Shown one piece after another: positions 12,700-26,185 of a stretch of DNA of 64,000 bases. Within the stretch, counting starts at the first letter, position 1; every line of letters starts with the position of its first letter. Below the pieces are notes generated by a model, which made no database searches, was not told where the DNA came from, and was given only the letters and a program-made list of their open reading frames with translations. Origin of the DNA: Cetorhinus maximus (taxonomy: Eukaryota). The stretch spans positions 74,834,001-74,898,000 of the forward strand of contig NC_135889.1 of NCBI RefSeq assembly GCF_964194155.1. Direction: 5' to 3'. Position numbers and translations under genes: made by a program.

Positions 12700-13430
12700 G
12701 GAATCATACAGCAACAAAGGAGGCCAACCGAATTCATTGTGCCCATGCAGGCACTTTGAAAAAGTTACCTGATTAAAGCCATTTCCATATTCTTTATCCA
12801 TGCAAGGGTTTTTTTTCTCAAGTATATATCAAATTACATTTTGCAAGCTACTATTTAATGTGCTTCCACCACCTTTTTCAGGCAATGTATTCCAGATCAT
12901 AACAATTCATTGCACAAAAACAAAATTCTCTTCGCCCGTCCAGTTTCTTTGCCAATTACCATAAATCTGTGTCCTCAAGTTGGGACCCTCTTACCACTTG
13001 CAACAGTTTCTCCTTAATTACTCTTATCAAAACCCTTCATAATGTTTAACACCTTTGTTGAGGCTCCCCTTGGACCTTCTCTGCTTTCTGAAGCACAATC
13101 CCAGCTTCTCTCGTCTTTCCATGTAACTTGATTCCTTTATCCCTGATATCACCCTAGTAAATCTCTTCTTCACTGTTGACATCCTTCCTGAATTGTGATG
13201 CTCAGAAGTGGACACAATACTTCAGCTGAGGTTTAACTGTTGATTTATGAAAGTAGAGTCTAACTTCCTTGCTTTTGTACTCTTATGCCTCTATTTACAG
13301 AGTTAAGGATCCAACATACTTTGTAAACAGCCTTCTCAACTTCTCTTGTTATGTTCAAAGATTTATGTACTTGAACCCTCTGGTTTCTCTGTTCCTGCAC
13401 CATCTTTAGAATTGTACCATTTAGTTTATA
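12700..13430 (-). mobile_element. CR1 LINE 3' fragment
   Basis: KRFTRVISGIKESSYMERREKLGL. Confidence 0.8.
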
Positions 13431-13605
13431 TCTTGTTGGAGATGGTCCCAGCTTCAGCCATGATCATATTGAATGGCGGAGCAGGCACGAAGGGCTGAAT
13501 GACCTACTTTTGCTCCTATTTCCTATGTTTCTATGTCAGTGCCTCGCACATGTGTGGCACGAATATTATCTGCCACTTACCAACCCAAGCCTGGAAACTG
13601 TCCAG

Positions 13606-13734
13606 GGCCGGGATTTTCCCGCCCCGTTGAGGGCGGGACCCGCTGCGGGCGAGGCAGCACCCCAGTCAGAAGTCCACTGACTTGCAGCGGGACCGGAAGA
13701 TCACGGCGATGGGCGGGTACGGAAAATCCTGCCC
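13606..13734. mobile_element. 129-bp Harbinger-type MITE with CAG TSD
   Basis: TIRs ggccgggattttcc / ggaaaatcctgccc. CAG on both sides (13603-13605, 13735-13737). Removing it restores LINE sequence tgtccaggtcttgctgca. Confidence 0.8.
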
Positions 13735-14744
13735 CAGGTCTTGCTGCAAGCGGGCAAGAATCATTTCATTCTTTGAGAAATTGCGGAATGAGCTGAACAC
13801 AATGTAATCATCAGTGAACTGCTCTACTTTTAACCTTATAATGGTCATTGAATCACAGAATCATATAGCCACGAAGGAAACCATTCAATCCATCATGCAT
13901 GTGCCAGCTCTTTGAAAGAACTATCTAATTAATCCCATTCCTTCACTCTTTTCCCATAGCAACGCAAATTTTTAGTTTCAGATAGTTGGGTCCAGGGCCA
14001 TCATTTGAACCTGGTGATGCTGGGACTACAGAGCTGCCAGCCAACTGGATTGGCTGGCAACTCTCTAAGGTGGGACTTCCTCCCCAGATGGGGGCGGAAA
14101 TCTCGCCCTTAGCCGATTAATGCCACACCAAGTGTTAAATGGCTGTAGGGCAGCCGTATCAGCGGGGATGCGTTCCCCATCATCTCTTCAGATGGCGGGG
14201 TGCAAAACTGCCCAAAACATCTTGCCCACACTGCTTTCATTGTTTAGCATGCAGACAGTGTAGCTTCACCAGCTACAACTGATGCTCCTCCTGGCATACA
14301 CTTCCCAATGGAGGAGGGTTGGTCACCTAGCTTGATGGTGATAGAAAAGTGAGGAAAATTCCAGAGCATGAGGTTACTTATTGTAGTGTTAGGCAATTCA
14401 GCTATTGTTGATAACCCACAGTGCCTCATAGATGACCAGTTCTGAGTTGGCAAGTCTGTCATCCATCCATCTACCCGACTTAGTACATTAGTAGAGCCAC
14501 ATGACATGATGGAGAGCATCCTCAGAAGGTGCGACTTTGTCTCCACAAGAACTGTTCAGTGGCCACTCTTCCTAATGTTGTCATGGACAGATGCATTTGT
14601 GATGGATAGGTTATTGATGATGAAGTCAGAAGGGTTATTCCCTCATGTTGACTCTAATCACAAGCCCAGCTCGTCATTCAGGTCTTAGCTAGTTAAGTCA
14701 GACGTGATATAACCAAGCCTCTTACAATGATAGACATTAAAGTC

Positions 14745-16740
14745 ATAGAGTCACTATGGCATAGAAAGAGGCCATTTGGCCCATTGAGTCCATGCTGGTT
14801 CTCAGCAGAGCAATCCAGAGCACTCCCGCTCGATTCCCTTAGTCCTGCTGGTTTATTACCTTCAAGTGCCCATCCAATTTCCTTTTGAAATCATTGTTTC
14901 CACTTCCACCACCGTTGTGGGCAGCAAGTTCCAGGTCACTACCACTCATTGCATTAAAAAGTTCCCCCTCACATTCCCACTGCATTTCTTGCCCAAAACC
15001 TTAAATCTGTGTCCTTGTGCCATTAGCTAATGGGAACAGTTTTTCCTCCCATCTATCTTATCCAAACCTGTCAATCTTGTATACCTCTATCAAATTTCCC
15101 CTCAATCTCCTTTGCTCCAAGCTGAACAACCTAACCTAACTGAAATTCCTCAACCCTGGAACTATTCTGATAAATCTCCTCTACATCCTCTCAAGGACTC
15201 TCACATCCTTCCTAAAGTGTAGTGACCAGAACCAGACGCAGTACTATAGTTAGGGCCTAACCAGAGTTTTATAAAAGGTCAGCACAATTTTTCTGTTTTT
15301 GTACTCAGTGCTTCTATTTATGAAGCCCAATATTCCACATGCTTTGGTAACCAGTTTCTCATTATGTCATGCCTTCAAAAATCGGTGCACATGCACCCCC
15401 AGGTCTCTCTGTTCCTGCACAACCTTTAGAACTGTGCCATTAAATCTATATTGCCTCTTCCTATCCCTTCTGTCAAAATGCATCATCTCACACTTCTGTA
15501 TGAAATTCCATCTGTGACTTGTCTGCCCATTTTGCTATCCTACCTGTCATGTTGCAGGTGGTTCATATCATCCTCACTGTTCGTCACGCTTCCAAATTTG
15601 GTATCATCAGCAAATTTTGAAATTTTACCTGTATTCCAAGATCCAAGTCATTTACATATAGCAAAAAAAAACACTGGTCCTAGAGCACTGATCCTTGGGG
15701 AACACAACTGTCCACCACCCTCCAGTCCAAAAACAATCATCTACCATGACTCACTGCATTCTGTACTCAAGCCAACTTCTTTATTCAATTGGACACTGAC
15801 CCTCCTATTTTTTTATTTAATTTGTTCATGGTATCACTGGCTAGGCCAGCATTTATTGCCCATCCCGAATTGCCCTTGTTCAGAGGGCATTTAAGAGTCA
15901 ACCACATTGTTGTGGGTCTGGAGTCACATGTAGGCCAGATCAGGTAAGGATGACAGATTTACTTCCCTAAAGGACATTAGTGAACCAGATGGGTTTTTAC
16001 AATAATCGGCAATGGTTTTGTGGTCATCAGCCATTTAATTCCAGACTTTTATTCAATTCAAATTTCACCATCTGCCGTGGTGGGTTTCAAACCCAGGTCC
16101 CCAGAGAATTACCCTGAGTCTCTGGAATACTAGCCCAGTGACATTACCACTATGCCATCGCCTGCCCTTCCATAAGCCTCAATTTTGTCAACTAGCCTTT
16201 TAAGTGGTACTTTGTCAAAAATCTTCTTAAAATCCATATAGACAACATCCACTGCATTCCCCATCATCAACCTTCTCTGTTACTTCATCAAAAGCTTAAA
16301 TTAGATTAGTCAAGCATGATCTATTTATAAACCCGTGCTGATATCCTTAACTAAGTCAAGCCTCTCCAAGTGCCTGTTGATTTTTTCCCTGATTATTGTT
16401 TCTAGAACCTTACCCACCGCTGACGTTAAACTAACTGGCTTGTAGTAACTAGTAGTATCCTTCACCCTTTCTTGAATAAGGGTGTCACACTTGCGAGTCT
16501 CCAATCCTCTGGCATCTCCCCCATATATAGGGAAGATTGAAAGATTAAGGCAAGCCCTTCCACTATCTCCACTCCCACTTCCTTTAGCAACCTGGGATGC
16601 AAACCACCCGGACCAGGTGACTTATTTACCCTAAACATAGCCAGCCTTTTCAGTACCACCACCTTCTCAATTTTCACCCTATCCATTGCTTCTAATATTT
16701 CTGCTTCTACCAATATTTTGTCAGATTCCTCTTCCTTAGT
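14745..16740 (-). mobile_element. CR1 LINE ORF2 and 3' end, interrupted by a SINE
   Basis: NKSPGPGGLHPRLLKE...DWRLASVTPLFKKG; tail near 14745. Confidence 0.88.
15808..16167 (-). mobile_element. tRNA-derived SINE with LINE family B tail
   Basis: Reverse-complement copy of the SINE at 39838, with head, core and gggcaatt.gggatgggcaataaatgctggcc tail. Confidence 0.85.
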
Positions 16741-17663
16741 AATTTTGACCTGACTAGTGCTTGACTAGTCTGTAGGACAGCCCTCCCAAATTTGATACAA
16801 GTGCAGGGAACTTTGCAGGGTCAACTAGATTAGCGATATCTTTATTGCTACACATGTTTCTTTCTTGCCTTTCTAGCAGTTTAATAAAACAGAGTAGGCT
16901 GCCAGGCCACTTCTAAGGACAGGTAAGAGTGAATGACGTTAGTGTGGGACTGGAATTGCATATAGACCAGAATGCAGAGGTTTCCATCCTTAAAAGATAT
17001 CAGTGAATGAGTTCGACATTCCGACAGCTAGGTTTACTGGTACCACAGAAACATAGAAAATAGGAGCAAGAGTAAGTCATTCAGCCCCTTGAGCCTGCTG
17101 CGCCATTTAACACGATCAATGCTGATCCTCCATGTCGACTCCATACTCCCGCTCTCCCCTCATACCCCTTGACGCCTTTAGTGTCTAGAAATCTATTTCT
17201 TTCTTAAATATAGCCAGTGACTTGGCCTCCACAGCCTTCTGTGGTAGAGAATTTCACAGGTTCACCACCCTCTGAGTGAAGAAATTTCCCCTTATCTTGC
17301 TTGTTCTAGAACCCCTAGCCAGGGGAAACTTCCTCCCTGCATCCAGTCTGTCCTATCCTGTCAGAATTTTATACCAACATCTTGTTTCCAGGTTTTTGTA
17401 AATGAATTAACATTTTCCAAACTGTTATTGTGGGATTTAAATTCAGGTTCCTTGGATTGCTAGTCCAGCTCTCTGGGTTACTTGTCCAATAAAATAACTA
17501 CTATGCTACCATATCTGGCTTTAATTATAGGTATCATCCTATTCATGATTAATATTAACCATTATTTCATATGTTCCTCTCTTTATATATTACAAACTTT
17601 CATCAGTTTATGGAGGCTTTTATACCATTTTGCACAAAATGAATTCCTGAAATAGTCCCCTAC

Positions 17664-17827
17664 CTTGATCTGCAGGCTTGCTGATGCCACCTTCCTTTCC
17701 AGCTCTTCAACTTGCTGAAGTATGGCTACATCAATTTCAAATGCTTGATCCTCAACTGACCAGTTATGCACAGCTTCATCAGTAACCTGGTTTTCTTCAT
17801 CATCTTCACTTATTTCAAATATTGCAA
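17664..17827 (-). CDS. BAZ2B: BAZ2B coding exon
   Basis: tag|TT...AAG|gtagg, 164 nt. ...NWSVEDQAFEIDVAILQQVEELERKVASASLQIK. Confidence 0.95.
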
Positions 17828-18006
17828 CTAAGTGAGAAATAATTTTGAATTGCTGAAAATCCTTCTGTTGTTATTCTGTCTCCTAATATAAAAGTAGGCT
17901 GCTGCAAAGTCTGTATTCCAGTCAGTTCAGCATTTAATGAAGATTAAATTTGATAGTCAAATAAGAATTCTATTTATACAAAGTAAACTTTTTTTAAACT
18001 ACATAC

Positions 18007-18162
18007 CATCTTTACTTTTGATGCAGGTCTGACTGATGTAATCCATGTGCTTTTGAAGTTGTTTTTGCAAAGCCTTTTCTCTTATTCCCCTGAGATGAAG
18101 TACTTTAGACAGAGTCTTCAGCTCTTCTGGATCAATGATTCTCCACCAGCCTTGCTGCATTT
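18007..18162 (-). CDS. BAZ2B: BAZ2B coding exon (WHIM3)
   Basis: aag|AA...G|gtatg, 156 nt. MQQGWWRIIDPEELKTLSKVLHLRGIREKALQKQLQKHMDYISQTCIKSKD. Confidence 0.95.
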
Positions 18163-19329
18163 CTTATGAAAGAAACAAATACATACTGACACATATTTAT
18201 AATTTTTTGAAGAGTGATCTTAAAATTTATGAAAAGTTTTCTTTACATTCCCTCCAACACTATGAGGATTTCAGGAATTTGACTGCCTGAGTGCCAACCA
18301 AGCAGGATAGCTCAGTGGATCAGATTTTATTTTAACACTGGCGGCTTTAACATAGGGTTTAGCTAGAAGAAAATGTAATAAAGATAATTGCACTACAAGG
18401 TGGCTAGCACCTACCTCACAATGAAGTTAAAAATCACTCGCCATCCTCATTATAATCAGGCAGAAAATATACTGAATGCAGCATGCAAAACAACCGAACC
18501 GATTTGCTGCCAAGTAAATGGTGCCAAGAATAACATATAACCAATAACAAAAACAGTAGAAGAAACAAAAGGAAAATTACTTCAAGGAAAATACCCCACA
18601 TGGTCAGTGAACAATAATAGATTCCATCTGGAGGGATTAAAAATAACAACCAAGAAATTCCATTGCTTTGGAAAATGGGCACATAAGGAGCAGAGCACAC
18701 ATTTCATCTGCCCGTTAGTGTTGTCCCAGGCAGCATGTAATAGTTGTGCTGTGAGCTTATGAGTCAGGCAAGCAACCTGCTCGATTCATGGCAGAAATCA
18801 GGTGTTTCTGATGCCACTTAACAACAGCCAACACCTCAAAAGGAAGATGCCCTCTGGCTACAGACAGGAAGGCATTCTTTGAACACAATTTGACTGCTAG
18901 GCCTGCAGATCGTGTCCATTAAGTTCCTAAATGCTACTTCAGAGGCCCTGATCCAAATGGAGGACAGGAAGAGAGATTCTCTTCCACCCATAAGGCAAAC
19001 CACCAGTTGAGGAGTTGTTACCTGGGGAGGGTAATACAAGAAATTGGAGGGGTAGACGATATGGCCCTTCAAGTCCGCTCCACCATTTAATATCATGGCT
19101 GATCTTGGGCTTCAACTCCCCTCCTTTCCTGTTCCCTATATCCTTTGATTCCCTGAGAGACCAAAGATCTGTCTATCCTAGTATGAAATGTATTCAGTGA
19201 TGTAGCATTCACAACTCTCTGGGGCAGAGAATTCCAAAGATTCACAACTCTTTGAATGAAGTAATTTCCTCATATCAGTCCTAAACAATTGGCCTCTTAT
19301 CCTGAGACTGTGCCCCAACATATGCAACT

Positions 19330-19960
19330 GTTCCGGGGCTCCTGACTGGAGTCAGGAGTGATGTCTGGAGGCGATGACCCTTGTAGCCTGGTAGCCAGCC
19401 TGGCTGGAATAAAGGCAACCCAGAGGACTAATAAATGATACATGAGTTATGACACCTGGCAGGAAACCAGACTCAGACCTGAATGATGCACTCCTGTGGT
19501 CACAAACCAATTATACGTTGAAGGGGGGAAATGCTTTTCAATTGACAACGGTGCTGGGCTGGTGATGGTGAGCATACAAGAAATGCAAGTGCATTCTATG
19601 GCACCTTACACCCTGGAGAAATGATCATGTTTGCAAAGTTTTTATGCCAGTTGCAAAGAATGCCAATTGCATCAATTACCTCAAATACTTCTTGTAAAAT
19701 AGCAAAAAATCACCATTAAATTATCTAAAACAACGGTCAGTTTAACTCTGCTAGTTTTTCCCGATCTAAATGCCCAGCCTCTACCCTAAGGGAGGAGCTG
19801 GAGATTTGTAAGCACTTTCTAGTCCTGGCCTCCATTTGATCTCAAGATGTACCTGGAGGACCAAAACAGAATGTTGCTGAATTGTGGCTCTCAAGGGAGA
19901 AGCCAATTAAACACAGTTCCAGCCTGCAGCTAAACATTAGTCCAGATTACCCATCAGCAT
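19330..19960 (+). mobile_element. Possible Gypsy internal remnant (protease-like)
   Basis: FSIDNGAGLVMVS resembles the retroviral-type aspartic protease motif DTGA; highly decayed. Confidence 0.3.
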
Positions 19961-20554
19961 TACCACATTAGATCTGCTAGTATAATTTAATTTGATACAA
20001 ATTGAGTTTCAGTGCTTAGATTTATGAAAATGTAAATTAGGAATGCAATTAAGTAGCAGAATGTATCTGCATGATTCTAGATTGGACCATGATCCAAATC
20101 AGATAATTTGATAGGATGTCGGTGAGACCGCAACTGGTGTACTGTGTACAATTTTGGTCTGCATACCCAAGGAAGGTACGGAGGTAAAAAAAGAAACAAA
20201 TTGCATTTATATAGCACTTTTCATGACCACCAGACACCTCAAAGCACTTTACAGTCAATGAAGTACAATGAAGAGAGTGCAATGAAGATTCACTAGATTG
20301 ATTCCTGGGATGAGGACTTGTTTTATTAGGAAAGTAGAATTTAGAAGAATTTGAGGTGACTTTATTGGAATATAAAAGATTCCAAGAGGGCTTGACAGGG
20401 TATATATGAGAAGCAGTTTTCCTTGGCTGGACCGAGTTAAGAATTTCTTCACTCAAGATGTTTGTAAGTTGAGGTCGAGAATCAGCTATGATCTTATTGA
20501 ATGATGGAGTTGGCTCAAGGGGCCATATGATATACTCCTGGTCCTATCCTGTTA

Positions 20555-23345
20555 TGAAAAGGGAGAAATTAGAATACGAGAGAAAGCTAGCTAGAAATAT
20601 AAAAACAGATAGGAAGGGATTTTACAAGTATTTAAAAAAGAAAAGGAACTAAAGTAAGCGTGGGTCCTTTAGAGTGTGAATCTGGGGAATTAATATTGGG
20701 AAATAAGGAAATGGTGGAAGTATTGAACAGATATTTTTTGTGTCTGTCTTCACCGTAGAAGACACAAATAACATCCCAAAAATACTTGTAAATCAAGGGG
20801 TGAAAGGGAGGGAAGAACTTAAAATATTTATAATCATGAGCGAAAGGGTACAGAGAAAACTATTAGAATTAAAGATGGACAAGTCACCAGGACCTGATGA
20901 CTTTAACCTGGAGTCCTAAACAGTGTGGCTGCAGAGATAGAAGATGTATTCATTGTAATTTTCCAAAATTCCCTCGACTCTGGAAGGGTCCCATTATATT
21001 GGAAAATAGTAAATGTAACTCCTCTATTCAAGAAAGTAAGGTGACAGTACACAGGTAATTACAGGCTAGTTAGCCTAACATCTGCCAGAGGGAAAAATTA
21101 GAATCTATTATTAAGGAGATTACAGCAGGGCACTTAGAACATCTTGATGCAACTAGATACAGTCAACATGGTTTTGTGAAAGGGAAATCACATTTGACTA
21201 ATTTCTCAGAGTTCTTTGAGTAAGTAACAAGTAATGTGAATAATGGGGAATCTGTAGATGTGGTATCCTTGGAATTCCAGAAGGTGTTTGATAAGGTGTC
21301 ACATCAAAAGGTCACTACAAAAAATACCAACTCATGGTCTAGGAGGTAACATATTATCATGGATAGAGGATTGGTTGACTAACAGGAGGCAGAGTAGTAG
21401 AGAAAAATGGGTCATTTTTGGGGTGGCAGGCTATAGCCAGTGGAGTGCCACAGGAATCAATGTTGCAACTTTAACTATTTACAATCTATATCAATGACTT
21501 GGATGAAGGGACCAAATGTATGGTTGCTAAATTTGCCAATGACACAAAGGCAGGTAGGAAAGTAAATTTTGAGGACATAAAGAGTCTAAAAAGGGATTTA
21601 GATAGGTTCAGTGAGTAGGCAAAAAATTAGCAGATGGAGTAAATGTGGGAAAATGTAAACTTGTTCACTTTGGCAGAGAGAATAGAAAAACAGTATATTA
21701 TTTAAATGGAGAGAGATTGCAAAACTCCGCGGTACCGAGGGATATGGATGTCCTGGTACATGAATCACAAAAAGTTCGTATGCAGGTATAGCAAGTGATT
21801 AGGAAGGCAAATGGAATGTTGTTGGTTATTACAAGGGGAACAGAATATAAAAGTTGTGAAGTTTTGCTACAATTATAGTGCATTGGTGAGACCACATCTG
21901 GAGTACTGTGTACAGTTTTGATCTCCTTATTTAAAAAAGGCCATAATGGCATTAGAAGCAGTTCAGTGAAGGTTCACTTACTGATTCCTGGGATGAAGAG
22001 GCTATCTTATGAGGAAAGGTTGGACAGGTTGGGCCTGTATCCGTTGGGAGTTTAGAGGAACGAGTGATGATCTTATTGAAACATATAAAATCCTGAGGGG
22101 AATTGACAAGGTGGATGCTGAGAGGATGTTTCCCCTTGTGGGAAAGCTGAGGCCTAGGGAACACAGTTTAAAAATAAGGGGTCTCCCATTTATGAAAGAG
22201 ACAAGGAGAAAATCTCTCTCTGAGGGTCTTTGGAATGTGAAATTCTCTTCCCCAGAGAGCAGTGGAGGCAGGATCATTGAATATATTTAAGGTTGAGTTA
22301 GATAGATTTTTGATTCACAAAGGAGTCAAAGGGTTTAGGGGGTAGACAGGAAAGCGGAGTTGAGACAACAATCAGATCAGCCATGATCTTATGAAACGGT
22401 GAAGCAGGTGTAAGGAACATATCTTTTTATTTTCTATTGGACTGTGGATTAAAATTGCAATGGCTGCAGTTTGAAAGACATGTCCACTGGAACAGGATGA
22501 GAGATATATACAATGTTGTAGTCCTGGAACAGAGTGTGCCATGAAAAACAGGATGGTGCCGGAAAAGAGTCCTGGACCAAGGGAGCTGCCTGACAGCAGC
22601 ATTTTAATTGGCTCCTGACAAAGTGACCAGGTTTTGTGTGAGGGCAGTGTAGCTGAATAACTCCTAGCCTGAAAGGAACAAGACCTAAAACCTCTTTCTT
22701 CTGTGAGAGGAAGATTCCAACAATTCCACAATAATAGCTAGCTGACTTTTTATTCTCATATCTCTATAACCTGCTATTTCTCTGAAAACCATTATATAAA
22801 GGAAAAGGGGAAATGTTAGAGACATTGAAAAGCAAGTGCTCAACCAGTGAACTAAATACTGAAAGTGCTGTAAGACCACCTCGTGTTATCAACAAGAACT
22901 GAAAGGAATTTGGAAGATACTGATCAAAATCAACCCATCTAATACTGTAATCCGGATCGGTGCTATTCAACTGTTTTATTCTACCCTTAAAATCCATGTT
23001 TTGTGTGTCTCATGTGTGTGTATAGGGATTTAAGGAGGGGGTAGCGTTTAAGTTATAGTGTCAGAAATTAACAGTTCACTTTTCTTTCTTTTGCCACTAG
23101 TTAAAGGCAATTTGTTGAATAAACAGCTATTTACTTCAATTTACAAACCTGGTGCTTGTATTCTGTTAACCTAAATTAAACAATTAGGTAGAATCTGGGC
23201 AATCTGGTGGTTTGATCAAACTTTTTCACATTTGTCATGGCTCGGGGAACAGTGGGGCTTGGTATTACAGCGCACTATCCCCAGTGAGTTTTGACACAGG
23301 CTTGAGGGACCGAACGGCCAACTCCTGCTCCTAATTGTATGTTTG
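20555..23345 (+). mobile_element. Long CR1 LINE ORF2 and 3' tail (solo LTR inserted in tail)
   Basis: DKSPGPD, NYRLVSLTS, QHGFVKGKS, KFANDTK, RGTSDDLIETYKILRGIDKVDAERMFP. Confidence 0.92.
22409..23296 (+). mobile_element. Solo LTR (888 bp), perfect 4-bp TSD CAGG
   Basis: TG...CA ends; cagg at 22405-22408 and 23297-23300; splits a CR1 tail; internal aataaa. Confidence 0.85.
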
Positions 23346-23774
23346 TATATTCGCATGAAAGTTATATCTTTTTAGTTTATGAACATGTTTTTAAAGTGTT
23401 TTTTTTTAAAACTCTACATTACTTTCCCTGCAGCCATTTCACAGATCACTGTTTGCTTTTTAAGCCATTCAAGCCTACACATTCCAAACAAAATCATCAT
23501 ATTACAGTCTCTAATAAGTTAAACTGCTAAATATTTTTAAATCATCATTCTAAGATCTTGAAACATAAAAGTAAAAACATAATTTTGCTACTCTACTGAA
23601 ACCATAATCTAGAGACTCAATAACAAGGATCAAAAATACAGTGAATGATGATGAGAACTATGTTGCTTGAATAGGCTAGAAAGATTTTGCTGTGGTTATG
23701 GCTGCAACCTCTATCATAATCTTGGAAATACTGTTCCATGTTTCAATATAGCACAACTCAGCTTTTCTACTTAC

Positions 23775-24027
23775 CTTCTGCAATGGGCTTTGGACTAGGA
23801 TAATCCACTGGTTTTGCTACTTCAGCTATTGAAGAAGGTGCACTGTTCTGCAGTTTTTCATTTTGCTGTGCTGGTGATTCATTCGTAGGAATGCTAGGTA
23901 GCAGGAAAGGATTAGCATTTCCTTCCGTTAATCCAAGGCCAGGTGAGGAAAAGGCAATACTTGGACTGAGTACTCCAGTTGGCCATCCACAGAAAGGAAG
24001 TCCTATTAGAGGTAACCCTGGTTTCAT
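23775..24027 (-). CDS. BAZ2B: BAZ2B coding exon
   Basis: cag|ATG...G|gtaag, 253 nt. MKPGLPLIGLPFCGWPTG...EVAKPVDYPSPKPIAE. Confidence 0.93.
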
Positions 24028-24559
24028 CTGGAAAAAAAGGTTTAAATGATTTTATTTGCATTTGTTACAAATGAAGATTGTGTTGACAGGAAATTTTTAT
24101 GGCTTATGTTGGAAAACCATCTTGGATGCTTCATCAGAAGCTAGTTAACAATGAGCAGCTGAACGCTACATATCCTTATGAAAAGTTACTAAGCATGCAA
24201 AGCAAGAGTATTACAGTGCCCAGCTGGTGCAGTAAGCATAGGAGAGAAACCGGATGGGTGTGTATTGCTACATGCATCCCATAGGCAAGTTAAAGACTGT
24301 CGCTGTTAGAGCTCTAGAAGCAGGTCACTGGGCTACAGGGTGTATCCTGGTCTCATTAAACAAATGAGGTAGAGTGAATTTATTAAAACAATAAATAACA
24401 GCAATAAATATTCTTATAAAACTGTAAAAGTTTATGCTAATAATCAGGCTAAGAAAGTTTATTTCATCTTTAACATGAGATTCGCTGCAAGAAAATGAAC
24501 TAGATTAATTTATTAGATCATCATAACATGGGCAAGCGACATTTCAAACTGGCATTCAA

Positions 24560-25258
24560 GACTAAATTGTCCCAGTCCTTTGGTGATGGACTTGGGGAGG
24601 GGGCAAGAAAACATTGGGGAGCCACATCAGGATGATTTCTTGAAGCATTCTCGCTGCCAAGGAAGTTTCTCAGGGATATCCTGGGAAACAGATCAGCTGG
24701 CTGCTGATGGGGTGGACAGCAAATTGCATATTTAGGGCCCCAATTAGGGGTGATTTAGAGGCCTCACTGTTATTTGCCAGCGGCGAAGTAGCCCCTGCCA
24801 ATGCAGAGGCCACCAGGTTTACAGAGGCGACCACTGGAGTTGGAGGCTCCATGCCCCAAAGAGGGGTACTCAGGCAAGAAAGACAGCTCCTGTAGTCCCA
24901 ACGATGCATCTGGAAGGACTCCCCCTCCAACCTGAGGGTCTACCAGTTTGGCAACTCTGATTTACCCTTAATTTTACCCTCCAAGGATGCCTCCATGTTG
25001 ATGAGCCCTTTAGGTCTCCTATCTGCCTCTGCGACATCCTCCTCTCCTGTTGGGGATGCCAAGGCTCTAGAGCTGCCAGCCCTGTGCTTGGGCTGGCAGC
25101 ATCAAGTGCCCGCCCACCTTCCTTAATAGGATAGCGAGCACGGCGGCAGCCAACTAGAAGGCAGACTGCAGGAGAATAGCTCCTCCGGCCTGGCTCCCTG
25201 CAAATTTAGGCTTAGAACCCGATATCAGGGTCCCAATACCCAATGGAAAATCCTGCCC
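24560..25258. mobile_element. Degraded GC-rich non-autonomous Harbinger-like element
   Basis: Ends in ggaaaatcctgccc, identical to the MITE TIR. Internal agagctgccagcc..ttgggctggcagc motif shared with 13990-14200 and 61660-61925. Left end uncertain. Confidence 0.6.
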
Positions 25259-26185
25259 TCAGTGTTTTGGGGTCCCCAGGTCCCTGACAAAAACCTCATA
25301 AGACAGGCTCCTTGCCCTTCAGTGCTGCTCCTATTATTAATGAAAGTGATTCCTGCCACTCCATACTTAGCTGGAAATTCTTTGAACAGGAGCTCACACC
25401 CATAGTATGCAGCACACAGAATCACTTGCACGATGACTGAGCAGAAAAATGGAAATAGTATGAGTAGAAATATACGGTAATTAAGGGAAGAGGGGAGCGG
25501 CCATCAAAGAAGAGGACAAGCAGAGAGTCATGCTTTGGTTTGGGGCAAGGAAGAAAATTTCATTAGTAATTTGGGAAGAGTGGTAGAAAGGCTGCCAGCC
25601 TGAACCAAAGGAAAGCTGGTTGTAAAGTACAAACTTGAACTGGGTCAATGAGTGACTAATTGGAATGAGGGGGATAGGAAGTACAGTGTTAATTTCAACC
25701 AAGGTGGAGTAGAAGAAAAGCTCCGGGTTGAATTGAAGTGGTAAAAGGATGAAGGGTGCCAGTCTGAAGTGGGATAGTTGGAGAAGCAGAGATGTCCCTG
25801 TGAAAGAATAAGAAGTTGGATGACATAGTGTCTCAGTTTATAGAATAAGCATAGTGCAATACAGCAAGAATGACTGTAGTGGTTACTTCTTCACATCTTT
25901 AATATTAAAATCTTTCAACTATGCATGTAAACATTTCAAATTTTCTAAGTAAGCATACACACACACATCCCCCTAGAAATGTACTAAGTAATTTTGTGCC
26001 TTCGACATTTGGATTTCCTCATTCAACAAGCATTCATGTACTTATGTTTATTCCTCCAATACAAGTGAAAAAATGTAACTTAAACTTTAGGTTTATTGAC
26101 AAAGTTATGTTACATCACTCAGCTGATACCTGGGAGGGAGGCAGGGTGGGGGGGGGGAGCGGGGGGGGGGGGGGGGTGGGTTTGG

